Assembly (NCBI GenBank): GCA_048013815.1
Contig: CM106586.1
Span: 6,324,001 to 6,388,000 of the forward strand
Source of the DNA: Setoptus koraiensis
Taxonomy: Eukaryota; Animalia; Arthropoda
Reading direction: 5' to 3'
DNA: 64,000 nt
Shown piece by piece: positions 25,801 through 34,811 of the stretch; the stretch's first letter is position 1, and each line of letters starts with the position of its first letter. Position numbers and translations under genes: made by a program. A model generated the notes under the pieces. The model did no database searches. It saw only the letters and a program-made list of their open reading frames with translations, and was not told the DNA's origin.

Positions 25801-26431
25801 GCAACATAACCCACCCTCCATAGCATCCTCCACCACTTCATCTAATCACAGAATATCTCCCAATCAAAAGATGATGAAGCAAGTTTCACCACCGACCAGT
25901 TCCAATCAAACCCAGCAGTTGGTCACAATAGCTTTAGGTGGCAACAAGCAAAAGTCTGCGCCCACTACAGAATGTTACCCATCCGATAAGACAATGACTA
26001 ATGTCAACAAGTGTTCTCAAAATGGCAACATTAAACAACCTCATTCTAGAACTTCAACTGGTAACATCAAGTCCACCAATCAGCTATCCTCGTTCAAGTC
26101 TTCCCCAAAAGGGCGCTTTTCTTCACCAGCAGACGCACTGACTACAAACTATGATAATAAAAAGACTAGTAAAACTAGAGATTTACCAGTGCCACCGCCT
26201 AGAAAGCGCGCCACGAATGATGCCCCCAGCCTGTCTAATCCAATAAAAGCTAGAGCATTGTTCCCCTGCAAGCCGGATAGGGAAGACGAACTGGGATTTG
26301 AGGAGGGAGAGATAATAGCTATTACAAGCGAACAAACTGATGATAGAGACTGGTGGCAAGGCTACATTGATGGTCACCCAGAAAGGCGAGGAGTTTTCCC
26401 TGCTATATTTGTTAAAATTCTACGCGATTAG
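22853..26431 (+). CDS. ASAP1: ArfGAP with BAR, PH, ArfGAP, ankyrin and SH3 domains (ASAP family), intronless, 1192 aa
   Basis: PH domain (SGYLLKKSEGKMRVKAWHKRRC), ArfGAP zinc finger (CVDC...CIECSGIHRDLG), ankyrin repeats (GETALHYC) and C-terminal SH3 (ARALFPC...ELGF...WWQG...GVFP). Confidence 0.96.
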   Translation: MANSTSQITAREFIEKTREDINGNSPTAMSFFNKRLPHFKNTINSLDTSIELDRDNLVKMKKALKAMSNNVNAHLENDTNLCKVLEKLGASSISREEELEIGQAFIKFSIVASELSTVVKTLMQNLSNRVMFPLESMLKSDLKSINGDLKRPVDKALSDYESRLAKLEKDKKKKTHHLDKTKDNNNISTNSHQFRATQTSGSYQSEQPSSIELLSSDSIDSSLSTIADKEKRIFQLHLCDYLIRVNDIKTRKGVDLLQHLVEHFNAQATFFREGLKTIEHYSTYISELSQRLGELKIEQDEERKCLIELRNNLKASTPYLDINSGNKDRVDSNFTSDAAHDNTINSYNHISSDRRDSSIHGYSLHQLQGNLSYGFSKSGYLLKKSEGKMRVKAWHKRRCDITDGFLCIYHSDEAKTPTKLNLLTCQVKPVTGEEKKCFDLISYNRTYHFQVEDDSDLTAWVSVLINCKEGALKREFDNSQLQQQQSLLGIDQVDFSPGGSQRIRRIGTRKQNILHIQQTLISQVQALPGNNRCVDCSTTSNEPTWLSTNLGVLTCIECSGIHRDLGVQISRIQSLTLDNIGTSQLLIAHNMGNDVFNEVFEAQLNDPTRASLNDIQKPKPNSSMEQRCEFIRAKYMHRKFCTKVHTDEASQVARLRKAIVDNDLKHLLQIFGEGVDLASYLTLTDSESPSGSCPSKSDTNNDLNETSLHLVIHNQANQGTKNVASKSALHILDFIIQNSRTLNRQNVLGETALHYCIKYNQPESMKLLLRTGADLNIKDSSGFTPLEMARMSSLDYFVELLEQAIQNKKSMFDNVYSDRGISFSTNTESSCEDSSDDEQITRMEKSRSDKVYVGVNRSRRDSTDNAISQQRRIANEVAAFHAQSAEKKKAQVHRLRSSDSGGSPPTLSPVATSPEADVKLSDENDDSLVCDSGSPNSIINRLHARTPSDPIVRKTLVNPSPRSDSTPSPNHNISSLVIPSSSPQHNPPSIASSTTSSNHRISPNQKMMKQVSPPTSSNQTQQLVTIALGGNKQKSAPTTECYPSDKTMTNVNKCSQNGNIKQPHSRTSTGNIKSTNQLSSFKSSPKGRFSSPADALTTNYDNKKTSKTRDLPVPPPRKRATNDAPSLSNPIKARALFPCKPDREDELGFEEGEIIAITSEQTDDRDWWQGYIDGHPERRGVFPAIFVKILRD

Positions 26432-26547
26432 AAGCATGAATATTGTCGATCGTACGAATAGACTTAATAAATCCATCCAATTAACCATTTTAGAGTCCTA
26501 GCATGTTGTTAATCGGTAACCTCCATCCATCAAGGTTGAGTTACTAC

Positions 26548-26814
26548 TGGTCTCTTAATTGCTGGATCACAACCACATCTGACACTTCGGTAGAATTTAA
26601 TAAATTCATATAAAATGCTCAGCACGAATGAGGCCGAACAAGATAAGGTTAGTGCTATTGTGATAGAGATAGTAAATTGATAGCGATGAAAAGTTATTAA
26701 ATTCTAGAATCTATTTCATTCATTCGATTAGTTAATGAAAGCAAAAATCGATGCTTCTAATGTGATGATACTCACACAGAACTGTCTAGAATGAGGTCTC
26801 TAAACAAAAGGTGG
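26548..26814 (-). pseudogene. Diverged DNA-level fragment copy of the Ctr gene (source 35133-35372, intron included)
   Basis: Co-linear match, e.g. gctggatcacaaccacatctgacacttcggta. The intron is retained and carries an extra insertion. Lacks the ATG and the last two TM segments. Confidence 0.92.
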
Positions 26815-26848
26815 AGCAACAACGAGTACTGGAGAAAGTTTTATTTTT

Positions 26849-27376
26849 GGGAGAGGGAGAAAAAATCTCCCCCTCCCGTTTCAAACTCGGGGAAGGGGAG
26901 AGGGCATCTCCCCCTCCCTCTCCCGCTCGGGGAGACGGGAGAGGGCATCTCACTCTCCCTCTCCCGCTCGGGGAGATGAGAGAGGGCATCTCCCGGGGAG
27001 AAATCCGTCTCCCGGGGAGAGCCCGGGGAGACGATTTCTCCTTCAGACACTGCAACAGGCTCACTAGTTTCACCCATATTCAGCAATTGACGAGGACAAT
27101 TAACAGTGGACACTGATATTTTGCCAAAAAAACCAGTGAGTTGTCGTGGCGAGTGCCATGCTGACGAGATCGTCTCCCCGGGCTCTCCCCGGGAGACGGA
27201 TTTCTCCCCGGGAGATTCCCTCTCCCGTCTCCCCGAGCGGGAGAGGGAGAGGGAGATTCCCTCTCCCCCTCCCAAAGCGGGAGACGGGAGGGGGAGACTC
27301 CCTCTTCCCTCTCTTGACAGCGGGAGGGGGAGATTTTTTCTCCCTCTCCCCTCTATACACAGCGGGAGGGGGAGAT
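26849..27376. mobile_element. Foldback/MITE-like non-autonomous element with about 190-bp internally repetitive GA/CT-rich inverted arms
   Basis: 26849-27040 is the reverse complement of 27166-27350 (innermost 45 bp and outermost 30 bp identical). Arms contain about 41-bp subrepeats. Spacer is 125 bp. No TSD or transposase seen. Confidence 0.7.
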
Positions 27377-27398
27377 CGAAAATTCCTTTTTCAAAACT

Positions 27399-27409
27399 GG
27401 CGCCATTTT
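27399..27409 (+). promoter_or_regulatory. YY1/Pho-like motif GGCGCCATTTT upstream of NDUFB2
   Basis: Matches the CGCCATNTT consensus about 120 bp before the ATG. Motif match only. Confidence 0.3.
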
Positions 27410-27529
27410 AGAACCAATCAATTTTGTCTCTCGGTGTCACCTTGATAACAATCATCGAAAAAAAAAAATATATATAATAAATATTATTAACATTGTTACA
27501 TAACATTGGTGCTAGAAGTGGTAAATACA

Positions 27530-27862
27530 ATGATGCGATTTCGGGCCTTATTCGCCAGAGCCCACGTTCGCAAGGCTGTTCAATCCAGGACATTGTATAC
27601 GGATCAAATATACCCCTACCCAGAGAAATATGCAAACACAGTTAGATATCCCAGTCAAGCACTATATAGGGAGACATGGGTTTATCCTTCGTGGTCAAAA
27701 AATGATGACAAGTGGGCCTTCTTTATGAATACTATGATGTGGACCATATTAACTATTTTCGCTCTCAATGATGGAAAGAATTTATTGGGCCACTACGACA
27801 TACCTGATCCCTCAATCTGGTCAGATGAAGAATTGGGCATACCACCTGACGATGAGGAATGA
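27530..27862 (+). CDS. NDUFB2: NADH dehydrogenase (ubiquinone) 1 beta subcomplex subunit 2 (AGGG), single exon
   Basis: C-terminus LLGHYDIPDPSIWSDEELGIPPDDEE matches the NDUFB2 signature (LGHF.YPDPS.W.DEELGIPPDDE). Preceded by one TM segment and an Arg-rich presequence. First ATG is at 27530 (the ORF track starts at TTG 27506). Confidence 0.92.
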   Translation: MMRFRALFARAHVRKAVQSRTLYTDQIYPYPEKYANTVRYPSQALYRETWVYPSWSKNDDKWAFFMNTMMWTILTIFALNDGKNLLGHYDIPDPSIWSDEELGIPPDDEE

Positions 27863-27871
27863 AGTATGCTA

Positions 27872-28029
27872 ACCGCCCAGAAAGCGCGCCACTGATGATG
27901 CCCCCAGCCTGTCTAGTCCAATAAAAGCTAGAGCATTGTTAGACTTAGTAAATCCATTCAACTAACCATCGTAGAGTCTTAGCGTGCTGTTAATCGGTAT
28001 CTTCCATCCATCAAGGTTGAGTCACTACT
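27872..28029 (+). pseudogene. Internally deleted direct-repeat copy of the ASAP1 3' end (26194-26262 joined to 26460-26548)
   Basis: Near-identical blocks (agaaagcgcgccac...caataaaagctagagcattgtt | agactta...ccatccatcaaggttgag). SH3-coding part and stop codon are missing. Confidence 0.93.
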
Positions 28030-28318
28030 TGTTGAATTTGGGCGCGCGACAAGTCGATTTCCGAAAATAAGCAACTCACATCATCAGCAAAAGTCGACGA
28101 TGTTGTAAACACAAAAAACTATGTCTAGGTCGCACCGACTTTTTATATTTTTTTTACTTTCTCAACTAACACAACGCGTGTGTTAGAATGAAAGCCAAAT
28201 ATGAGAGAAACAGCGTCAACAATCCAAGGCGATTAACACTTGATTATTGATATTCATATCTCTAGTCATCGATCATTATATATTAATATTGAGTAGTTTA
28301 CATTAGATTATGAAAAAT

Positions 28319-30770
28319 TTAATCAGAACCGTCGTCGTCAGTCATAAGATCTGAATCCTCGACTGCACTGTCCTCTTCATAGTTGATTTCTGCCTCCTCA
28401 TCAGGTATGTCCCACAGATAAGCCGGAGGCTCTGCACAAACACGGGCTGGCTTCACTTCAACCTGAAGTTAGATGAGAATATAGTGTGGAAATTAGATAG
28501 TACCTCGGGAAAAAGCAATTGTGTGCGACTATCAGTAATATCAAGGTTTCATAACTTACTTTGGTTAAACGCTGAATGATACAATCAACATAAGAATCGC
28601 TCCTCACTACAATAGTATAGGTGTAACTTCCTGGTCTATGAGGGGCTGTAAACTTTAATTCAAACTCTTCTTTTTCTACTAAACTAGTAACTAGTAGCGG
28701 TGCTGTCACTAAAGCATGACGTTTTCTATCCACTAGATACACCCACCAGTATTCTTGTTTATCATCTGGAAAATAAGGACAATGAACGGAATGTGATTTC
28801 TTGGATTTAGACTCGAAAACTTTTTGTTTCTTGATGACCCTCTCCTGGAATCTGTCCCACTCCTCCTCGTCGTCACTTGGATTAGAAGTATCGTTAGTAA
28901 CTACCTCTTCCTTCTCTACATCCTGTTTTACAGGGGGTTTTTCATCTGGGATATCTAAATCTTTCTCTGAGGCAACAGAGCCTGTTTCTATTGATTCTTT
29001 ATCATCACCTTCCTCTTGGGACGACTCCGAGGCTTTCTTCGAAATTATTTCGTAATCCTTGAGAAGCTTTTGGTCCTCGGCCCCCTTCACAAGATCATTT
29101 TGTTTGTTTTTTAATTTATTACTCTTCTTACTTCCTTTACCTTTGATGCCGCCTCCAAACTTTCTATTCTTCTTTTTCTCTTTCTTCTCCCAGACTCTCC
29201 TATTGCTCTCTGAAGGTTGCTTTGCCTTTACATTGCAGTCCGATTGATTCTCTTGGTCTTGGCTTGAGCTATTGCAATCACCGAATGCATTCATATCTGA
29301 TGTTTTATTCTCTCCGGTGTCGAACAAATCACCCATAGATTTACGTGTCAGATTTACAGTAACGGTTACAATAGATCCAGCGGTTATAATACCAGGGTCT
29401 TCATCGTCCAGAACTTCGATTTTGGTTGCCACGTCAACATATGGCATCTGCGACATAACGAGCCTTATGTCGTTATACTGTTCGTCAGAGTAATTCTTCA
29501 GCAATGGTCTCCTGTCAGCTTCTTTCATGCGAGCTAACTGTTCTATGCTTTTAATTTTCTTCTTTTTGCTGGCGAAATGTCTTAGGGTGTCGTTCGTGAA
29601 ATGAGGTAACTGTAGTAGAGGACTTTCGAATTCCCACAATGCCTGAATGATCATGGGTCCTAACTTCATTGCATTCTCTAGTGTAACTAGACTTGGTATT
29701 TTAGAGATCCTACCCGATAGGGCTAATGTAATCAGTTGTGCCACACATTGCACAAACTCCTGCAGCAAATATGGACATTTTTTAATTATTAGGCATCTAT
29801 CTAATTCTAGTGTTTGCTGAGGTAGCTTCATTCTACTAATATGAGCATGGATTATAGCTCGACTCTTGATACTATAACTAAAACAGAGAGGTCTCTCCTT
29901 GTTTTTCTCTCCCAATTTAGGCAACTCTCTAATAAGATGAGGGACTTCTTGGTTGTCTGTAGGCCTCTCGATAACTTCGGCGTTGTGGCTTTTTGCGAAC
30001 TCCAAACTAGCTGCTAAGATCATCAGGACTCTTTTAAGAACCATGTGGGGTGTCTTGTGTATAAAATAGTAATAGAGTTCAGATGTGTTTAAAAGTACTT
30101 TATCACAGCCAAATTTCACGGATCGGTACCACCAAACACCAACAGATACGGGAAGTGCAACCATAAAAATGAGCGCATATATTCCTAGAACAACAAAAGA
30201 ATTTTCTCTTTCAACAATCCAAGAGGGCAAAGCAATGCCAAATGATGTTGCGCCTGGTCCATCTGGATTGCCATAAGTTTGCCAATTTTTGCGCGCCTCT
30301 GGATCTGTCAAAGCTCTATAAGCTCTGAGCATCTCATGAAATTTGTCGGCATCACCTGTCTCTTTATCGGGATGATAAATCAAAGATAACTTCCTATAAG
30401 CCTTTTTAATTTCAGCTTCAGTGGCGTCAGGGCTTACGCCCATAATATCAAATGGGTCCCAATTAACATTGTCGTGTTGAATATTTGCGCATTTGTAGGC
30501 GGTTGCAGTAAATGCTACCCATCCCAATATTAGTAATATCCTAATGATTCGTCTTTTGGTTTTTTTCCATTTGTCGTGTGTTCTTAGATGTTGCTTCTTA
30601 TTAGTACAACCCTGGCATCGGCACTGTTTCTCATCTGATTTAACCTCATCTTGATCATCTGATGGCCACAGATAATAGGTCGATGGTATTATTATCAATG
30701 CTAAGAAAGATAATAAAAAATAGAAGAAGGTCGCGCCGCTTTCATCATAATTAAACTTTGCTCGTGCCAT
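28319..30770 (-). CDS. SEC63: Translocation protein SEC63; exons 30770-28560 and 28462-28319
   Basis: N-terminus MARAKFNYDESGATFFYF, three TM segments, J-domain with HPDK, Sec63/Brl domain. GT-AG intron leads to an acidic C-terminus (…EEDSAVEDSDLMTDDDGSD*). Confidence 0.97.
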
Positions 30771-31276
30771 ACTAAATATCAATAATAATAATGTAATCGA
30801 TGATGTTAATTATTTGAAGTATAATAATAGATATAATATAGTAAGTTAACGGTAATAATGATAATACATGACACGACAACCATATGTAGATGTAGAAATA
30901 GTCAAGTGAGCTCTGTTGACTTGATAGCCGATCTGACTATCCGTTCCAAATTTCTTCTTCTGCGAGCAAACACACCAATGACAGACGAACAGACGCACAG
31001 GCCAGAGTTTTAACCTGGAAAAGAGTGACGCACTAACAATATTGGTGTGTAGAATAAGATAATCAGCACACGTTGCATTCTGGCATCAGACTGTATTCGC
31101 ATATTTACACTCACAGGATACGAACAAATCAATACTATTACAGCTAAATATTACTATATTTTTTAATCTCACAATTGATGTTTGAAGATAAACAATTCAA
31201 GTCTATTACACACAGCAGTAGATCTGGAATCAATAATACAGATCCATCCTATTGTAAGTCTATCTTAAGTAGACTG

Positions 31277-33217
31277 TCACTCCAGCTTGACGTGAATATT
31301 GATGCGGTGCCAGGAATTGTTTACCACACCTCTCAAGTTCCAAATTGTTTCAGCTCTCTCAGGTTGGCTGTTGTTGGCTGAATCAACGGCACGACATAAT
31401 ATTGTCATCTCACCATTGCCCTTGTTGCAAATCGATTCATTTACTGGTACCTCTACCGACCACCTGCACCACGACCAGGTCCTGTTGCGTTTCTCAAGCA
31501 CTTCTTCTAGATTGCCACGATTGGGGTCCTCGGCTATATTTGCCGTTATCCAAGTAGTCCCATTGTCGATGGACACATCAACTCTTAGAATATTCTTGCC
31601 TCCGCCACTGTAAGCGTAACCCTGAACATCTAAAGAGGCAGTTTTTCCAGGGCTCTTCTTAAGAATAACAGTTTGGTTATTGATAGGTTGACATATTGCC
31701 GATTGTACAGGCATTTCCTGAATAGATATACTTTTATCATATTGCACATTGAACATATCTATGTTAGGTGAAAACGATTTATAGTCATTTCGCTGCCAGT
31801 GACTAGGACTTTCTTCGGAGCTGAACACTATCCTTTTGAGCCACTTAACGCACCGAGCACCAGCAATACCTGGAGCTATAAATCTCAACGGAAATCCGTG
31901 ATCTCTTGTTAATGGTTGACCGTTCATTTCATAGGCTAGTATCACATCCATCATAGGATTGAATGTGACATCGGCTGTGACAGAGGCTCCGTACGACTGT
32001 CCACTCATGTCACAATCTAATCCCTCTAGTTGTACATGTTTTATTTTATTTATCAATTCAATGTTGCTCCTGATATTCAAATAGTCTAACAGATCAACGA
32101 ATCTTACTCCAGTCCAAGATGCATTACCTATGGCGCCAACTTTCCAATCTAGACCTTTGATTTCTTTTATCTTTCAATGAAATTCAGTGTAGATTGATAT
32201 CAGGTATTCAGTTTAACAACTACTCGCAAGATCTACTCATATATCGTCACTTACCTTCTTAAGATCAGTTCGCCTATTCCCTGAGCATTGCATAACTGCA
32301 TCGACAGTATACGGCTCAAATTTGGATTTTAGTTCATCCAGTGTGAGTTGGGCGAGGAGTTTCTCATTAGAGCCGCTTCCATCTTCAATATAAATTTCGA
32401 GATTGTAATCGTCTAGATCAACCTCGGGCACCGGCAAATGATTTCTGACAAAAAAGATATCTACTGGAGTGATGTAGGATCGAGTCAGAAGCTCAGGTGG
32501 AGTTTCAGCGTTGAATGGCTCCCGACTAAGCACTGTGAGCAGTTCAGATCGTTTAGGTTCGTCGGAATAAGGATTTAAAGATGAATCCTGTTGAATTGAT
32601 GGCTTTTTATTCTCTCCATCAGCATTTTTCTTAACTAGGCCGATCTTGTATTGTGCTAGTAAACTCTGTACCTCATCTTTCTTATGGAATTGATAAGTCT
32701 CCCAAAATGGTCCAACATCACCACCTGCTCCCATCAAAATCGTATGGCTTCCACCAGGATGATGTTTGATAAAATCTGTTATATCATAGACTGAACCGTC
32801 ATATGTTATCCAAACACCTTTTTCAAGATTGTTGTGAAACGACACTTCTTCCAGAGTGTATTCTGTGTCGTCTTCTATGGATCTGTCGGAAGTCTTTGGT
32901 TGCGGTATTTCAGTGGTGATTTTTTGGATTGTGTCTACTCTTTTCAGTTTCAGATAAGTGATGCCGCCAGCGAAAAGGAGTAGCGAACTGACTAGTGTTT
33001 CATTTTTCCAAGATTTTTTGTGTTTTTCATCATTAACTGTCCCATTCCCATTAGCGAGACCTCTATAGCTGATTGATTTAACAAAGTTATCATTTGCCTG
33101 AAGCAAGCAGGCGTCTCTACGAAAAGACTGCAGACTCCTTTCGGTTCGGTTGTGTGAAAATTTATCGAAGGAGTTAAAACGACTTATGATTCTTCTGATA
33201 ATTTGTATCCTAGCCAT
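31277..33217 (-). CDS. SUOX: Sulfite oxidase, mitochondrial; exons 33217-32255 and 32170-31277
   Basis: Cytochrome b5 domain (HHPGG), Moco Cys (MQCSGNRR), DHGFPLRFIAPG and dimerisation domain (WNLRGVVNNSWHR). 84-nt GT-AG intron in phase 0. Confidence 0.97.
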
Positions 33218-33380
33218 AAGAAGATGACAATACTCAGGGGCCAATTGTTTTTTGGTGTAAGTCGAATGAAAACTCAAAAGAATAATGGCCTTCGCGTTAC
33301 CGAAAGTTCACAACTCGCATTCATACTTTACTTGTCAATCATACTGACAGCGCTAAACAGCTGATTTGATCCACCAGCAT

Positions 33381-33681
33381 CGCAATCGGCAAAAAAGTGA
33401 TCGACCAGAAGATTGTATTACGATTATTATAACTATTTGATAATGAGGATCCACGAGAGAGAGAGAGATTATTTAAAGACAGTTTTACATCGTATATACG
33501 GGAAATTTTTGGGCCTACGTGCGTTTATTAGGAAACAAATCAATAATATATTCTTGAGATTCATATATGAAACAGAGCAATTCAATGATGTAGGAGAGTT
33601 GCTTGAGATATTAGGGAGGTGAGTTATCAACAATGAAGAGCAGGTGGCTCGTTGTGTATCAAGTCCCCATTTTCACGTAGC
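33381..33681 (+). pseudogene. Young inverted fragment copy of wdb (19776-20028 joined to 19330-19371)
   Basis: Few substitutions, an in-frame TAA and a +4 GA-repeat expansion. Includes the intron donor GTGAGTTATCAACAATGAA, so it is a DNA-level copy. Followed by a 16-bp tandem duplication (33680-33711). Confidence 0.95.
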
Positions 33682-33774
33682 GACATTTGAGGGAAGCGAC
33701 ATTTGAGGGAATATTACTGTATGTATTATATTATGTTGTTGTTGTATTGTATTACATTATTATTTTATATATGA

Positions 33775-33945
33775 TTATCCATGGTGTTTAGGTGCCTCGT
33801 GGATTATGACTGGATGGTGATTCTTGGCCAAAAGAGCGCCCAAGATAAATCCTTTGATGAACTTTTTACTTGCCGCTGATGTCAGATCGTTGAATGCTAC
33901 GGCTAGCACTAGGGCCACCAAAAGGAAACGGCACAATAATCGCAT
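33775..33945 (-). CDS. Small secreted cationic/His-rich peptide (56 aa)
   Basis: MRLLCRFLLVALVLAVAFNDLTSA is signal-peptide-like. It is followed by ASKKFIKGFILGALLAKNHHPVIIHEAPKHHG*. Confidence 0.7.
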   Translation of the reverse strand: MRLLCRFLLVALVLAVAFNDLTSAASKKFIKGFILGALLAKNHHPVIIHEAPKHHG

Positions 33946-34041
33946 GTTGAAACTCATTGATATGAAACTCATTTTGAATCGACTTTTTGGTGCTTTAAAA
34001 CTTCTAATATGAATATTAAGGTAGTATTGAGGCTCTTGTTA

Positions 34042-34522
34042 TTACTTTATATTTGTTGCAAATAACGATGATATTGCAGTTATCAATTGATGTGTAAACT
34101 TGACTTGCTTCTTGTCTACTGAGATACCTGACTCGGGAATATCGCACTTTTAAGAGATTTTTCAAGTTACTATTTCATCTAAAGTACTCACCTCCCGTCA
34201 ATAGCGAAGCGTTGGGTGATTGGTATAAAACCGCGAAGGTGTTACCTTGAGAATATTTGAACCAGGCACCGAAGGCGTCATGGTACAAAATGTTCTGTTG
34301 TGTTGTGCAAAAGTTAAGAGCTAGAACTGGTTTTGATGATCCAACAATCTTTAAAAACCAGACAGTTACTGCGGTAACAATAGCGTTCAATGAATCATGT
34401 GTGTTATCAACTTGTTTCCCAACATTTGATTGATGATAAGTGATGAGACAATGACATTGTATCGACACCAAGACAACGATTACAACGAATGATTTGATGG
34501 TGACAAATGGAGCCACTTTCAC
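34042..34522 (-). CDS. Orphan spliced coding segment lacking an in-frame ATG (gene remnant or 5'-incomplete gene); exons to 34192 and 34127-34042
   Basis: ORF ends GGAG|GTGAGT (phase 1). A 64-nt intron to CAG| gives in-frame GISVDKKQVKFTHQLITAISSLFATNIK*. The 5' end runs into the 34494-34624 hairpin. Confidence 0.35.
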
Positions 34523-34624
34523 TTTAATCTCCAGCTAACTGTGCAGGTCATCACTGAACGTAATTGATGACCTGTACAGTTAGCTGGAGATCAAAGTGAG
34601 AGTGGCTCCATTTGTCGCCATCAA
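34494..34624. repeat. Near-perfect inverted repeat: 60-bp arms, 11-nt loop (candidate hairpin RNA)
   Basis: 34494-34553 versus 34565-34624 differ at only 4 positions. A third partial copy lies at 34625-34638. Confidence 0.95.
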
Positions 34625-34811
34625 CCTGCACAGTTAGCAACCTCAATCGTCGTGCTTGCATCACAATGTAACTAAAGAGGAACGAAAAAAAAAGACCGAA
34701 CATGTGTCAGACTGAACAAGTCAACAAGTCTGGGAGGATCAATTTTTTTTGAACGAGAAACTGAATGGACTTTATTGAATATAACGATTTACTAGACTAT
34801 GCAGACACCAT

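Noticed and set aside
26849-27376. CRISPR-like or prokaryotic IS interpretation of the spaced repeats
   Set aside because: Context is eukaryotic, with no unique spacers between identical direct repeats and no cas or transposase genes.
26786-27445. Multiple Gly/Pro/Arg-rich ORFs
   Set aside because: By-products of the GC-rich foldback repeat.
34045-34051. TATAAAG about 100 bp upstream of the small peptide gene
   Set aside because: Lies in AT-rich sequence that also reads as the end of the upstream orphan exon; not distinguishable from chance.
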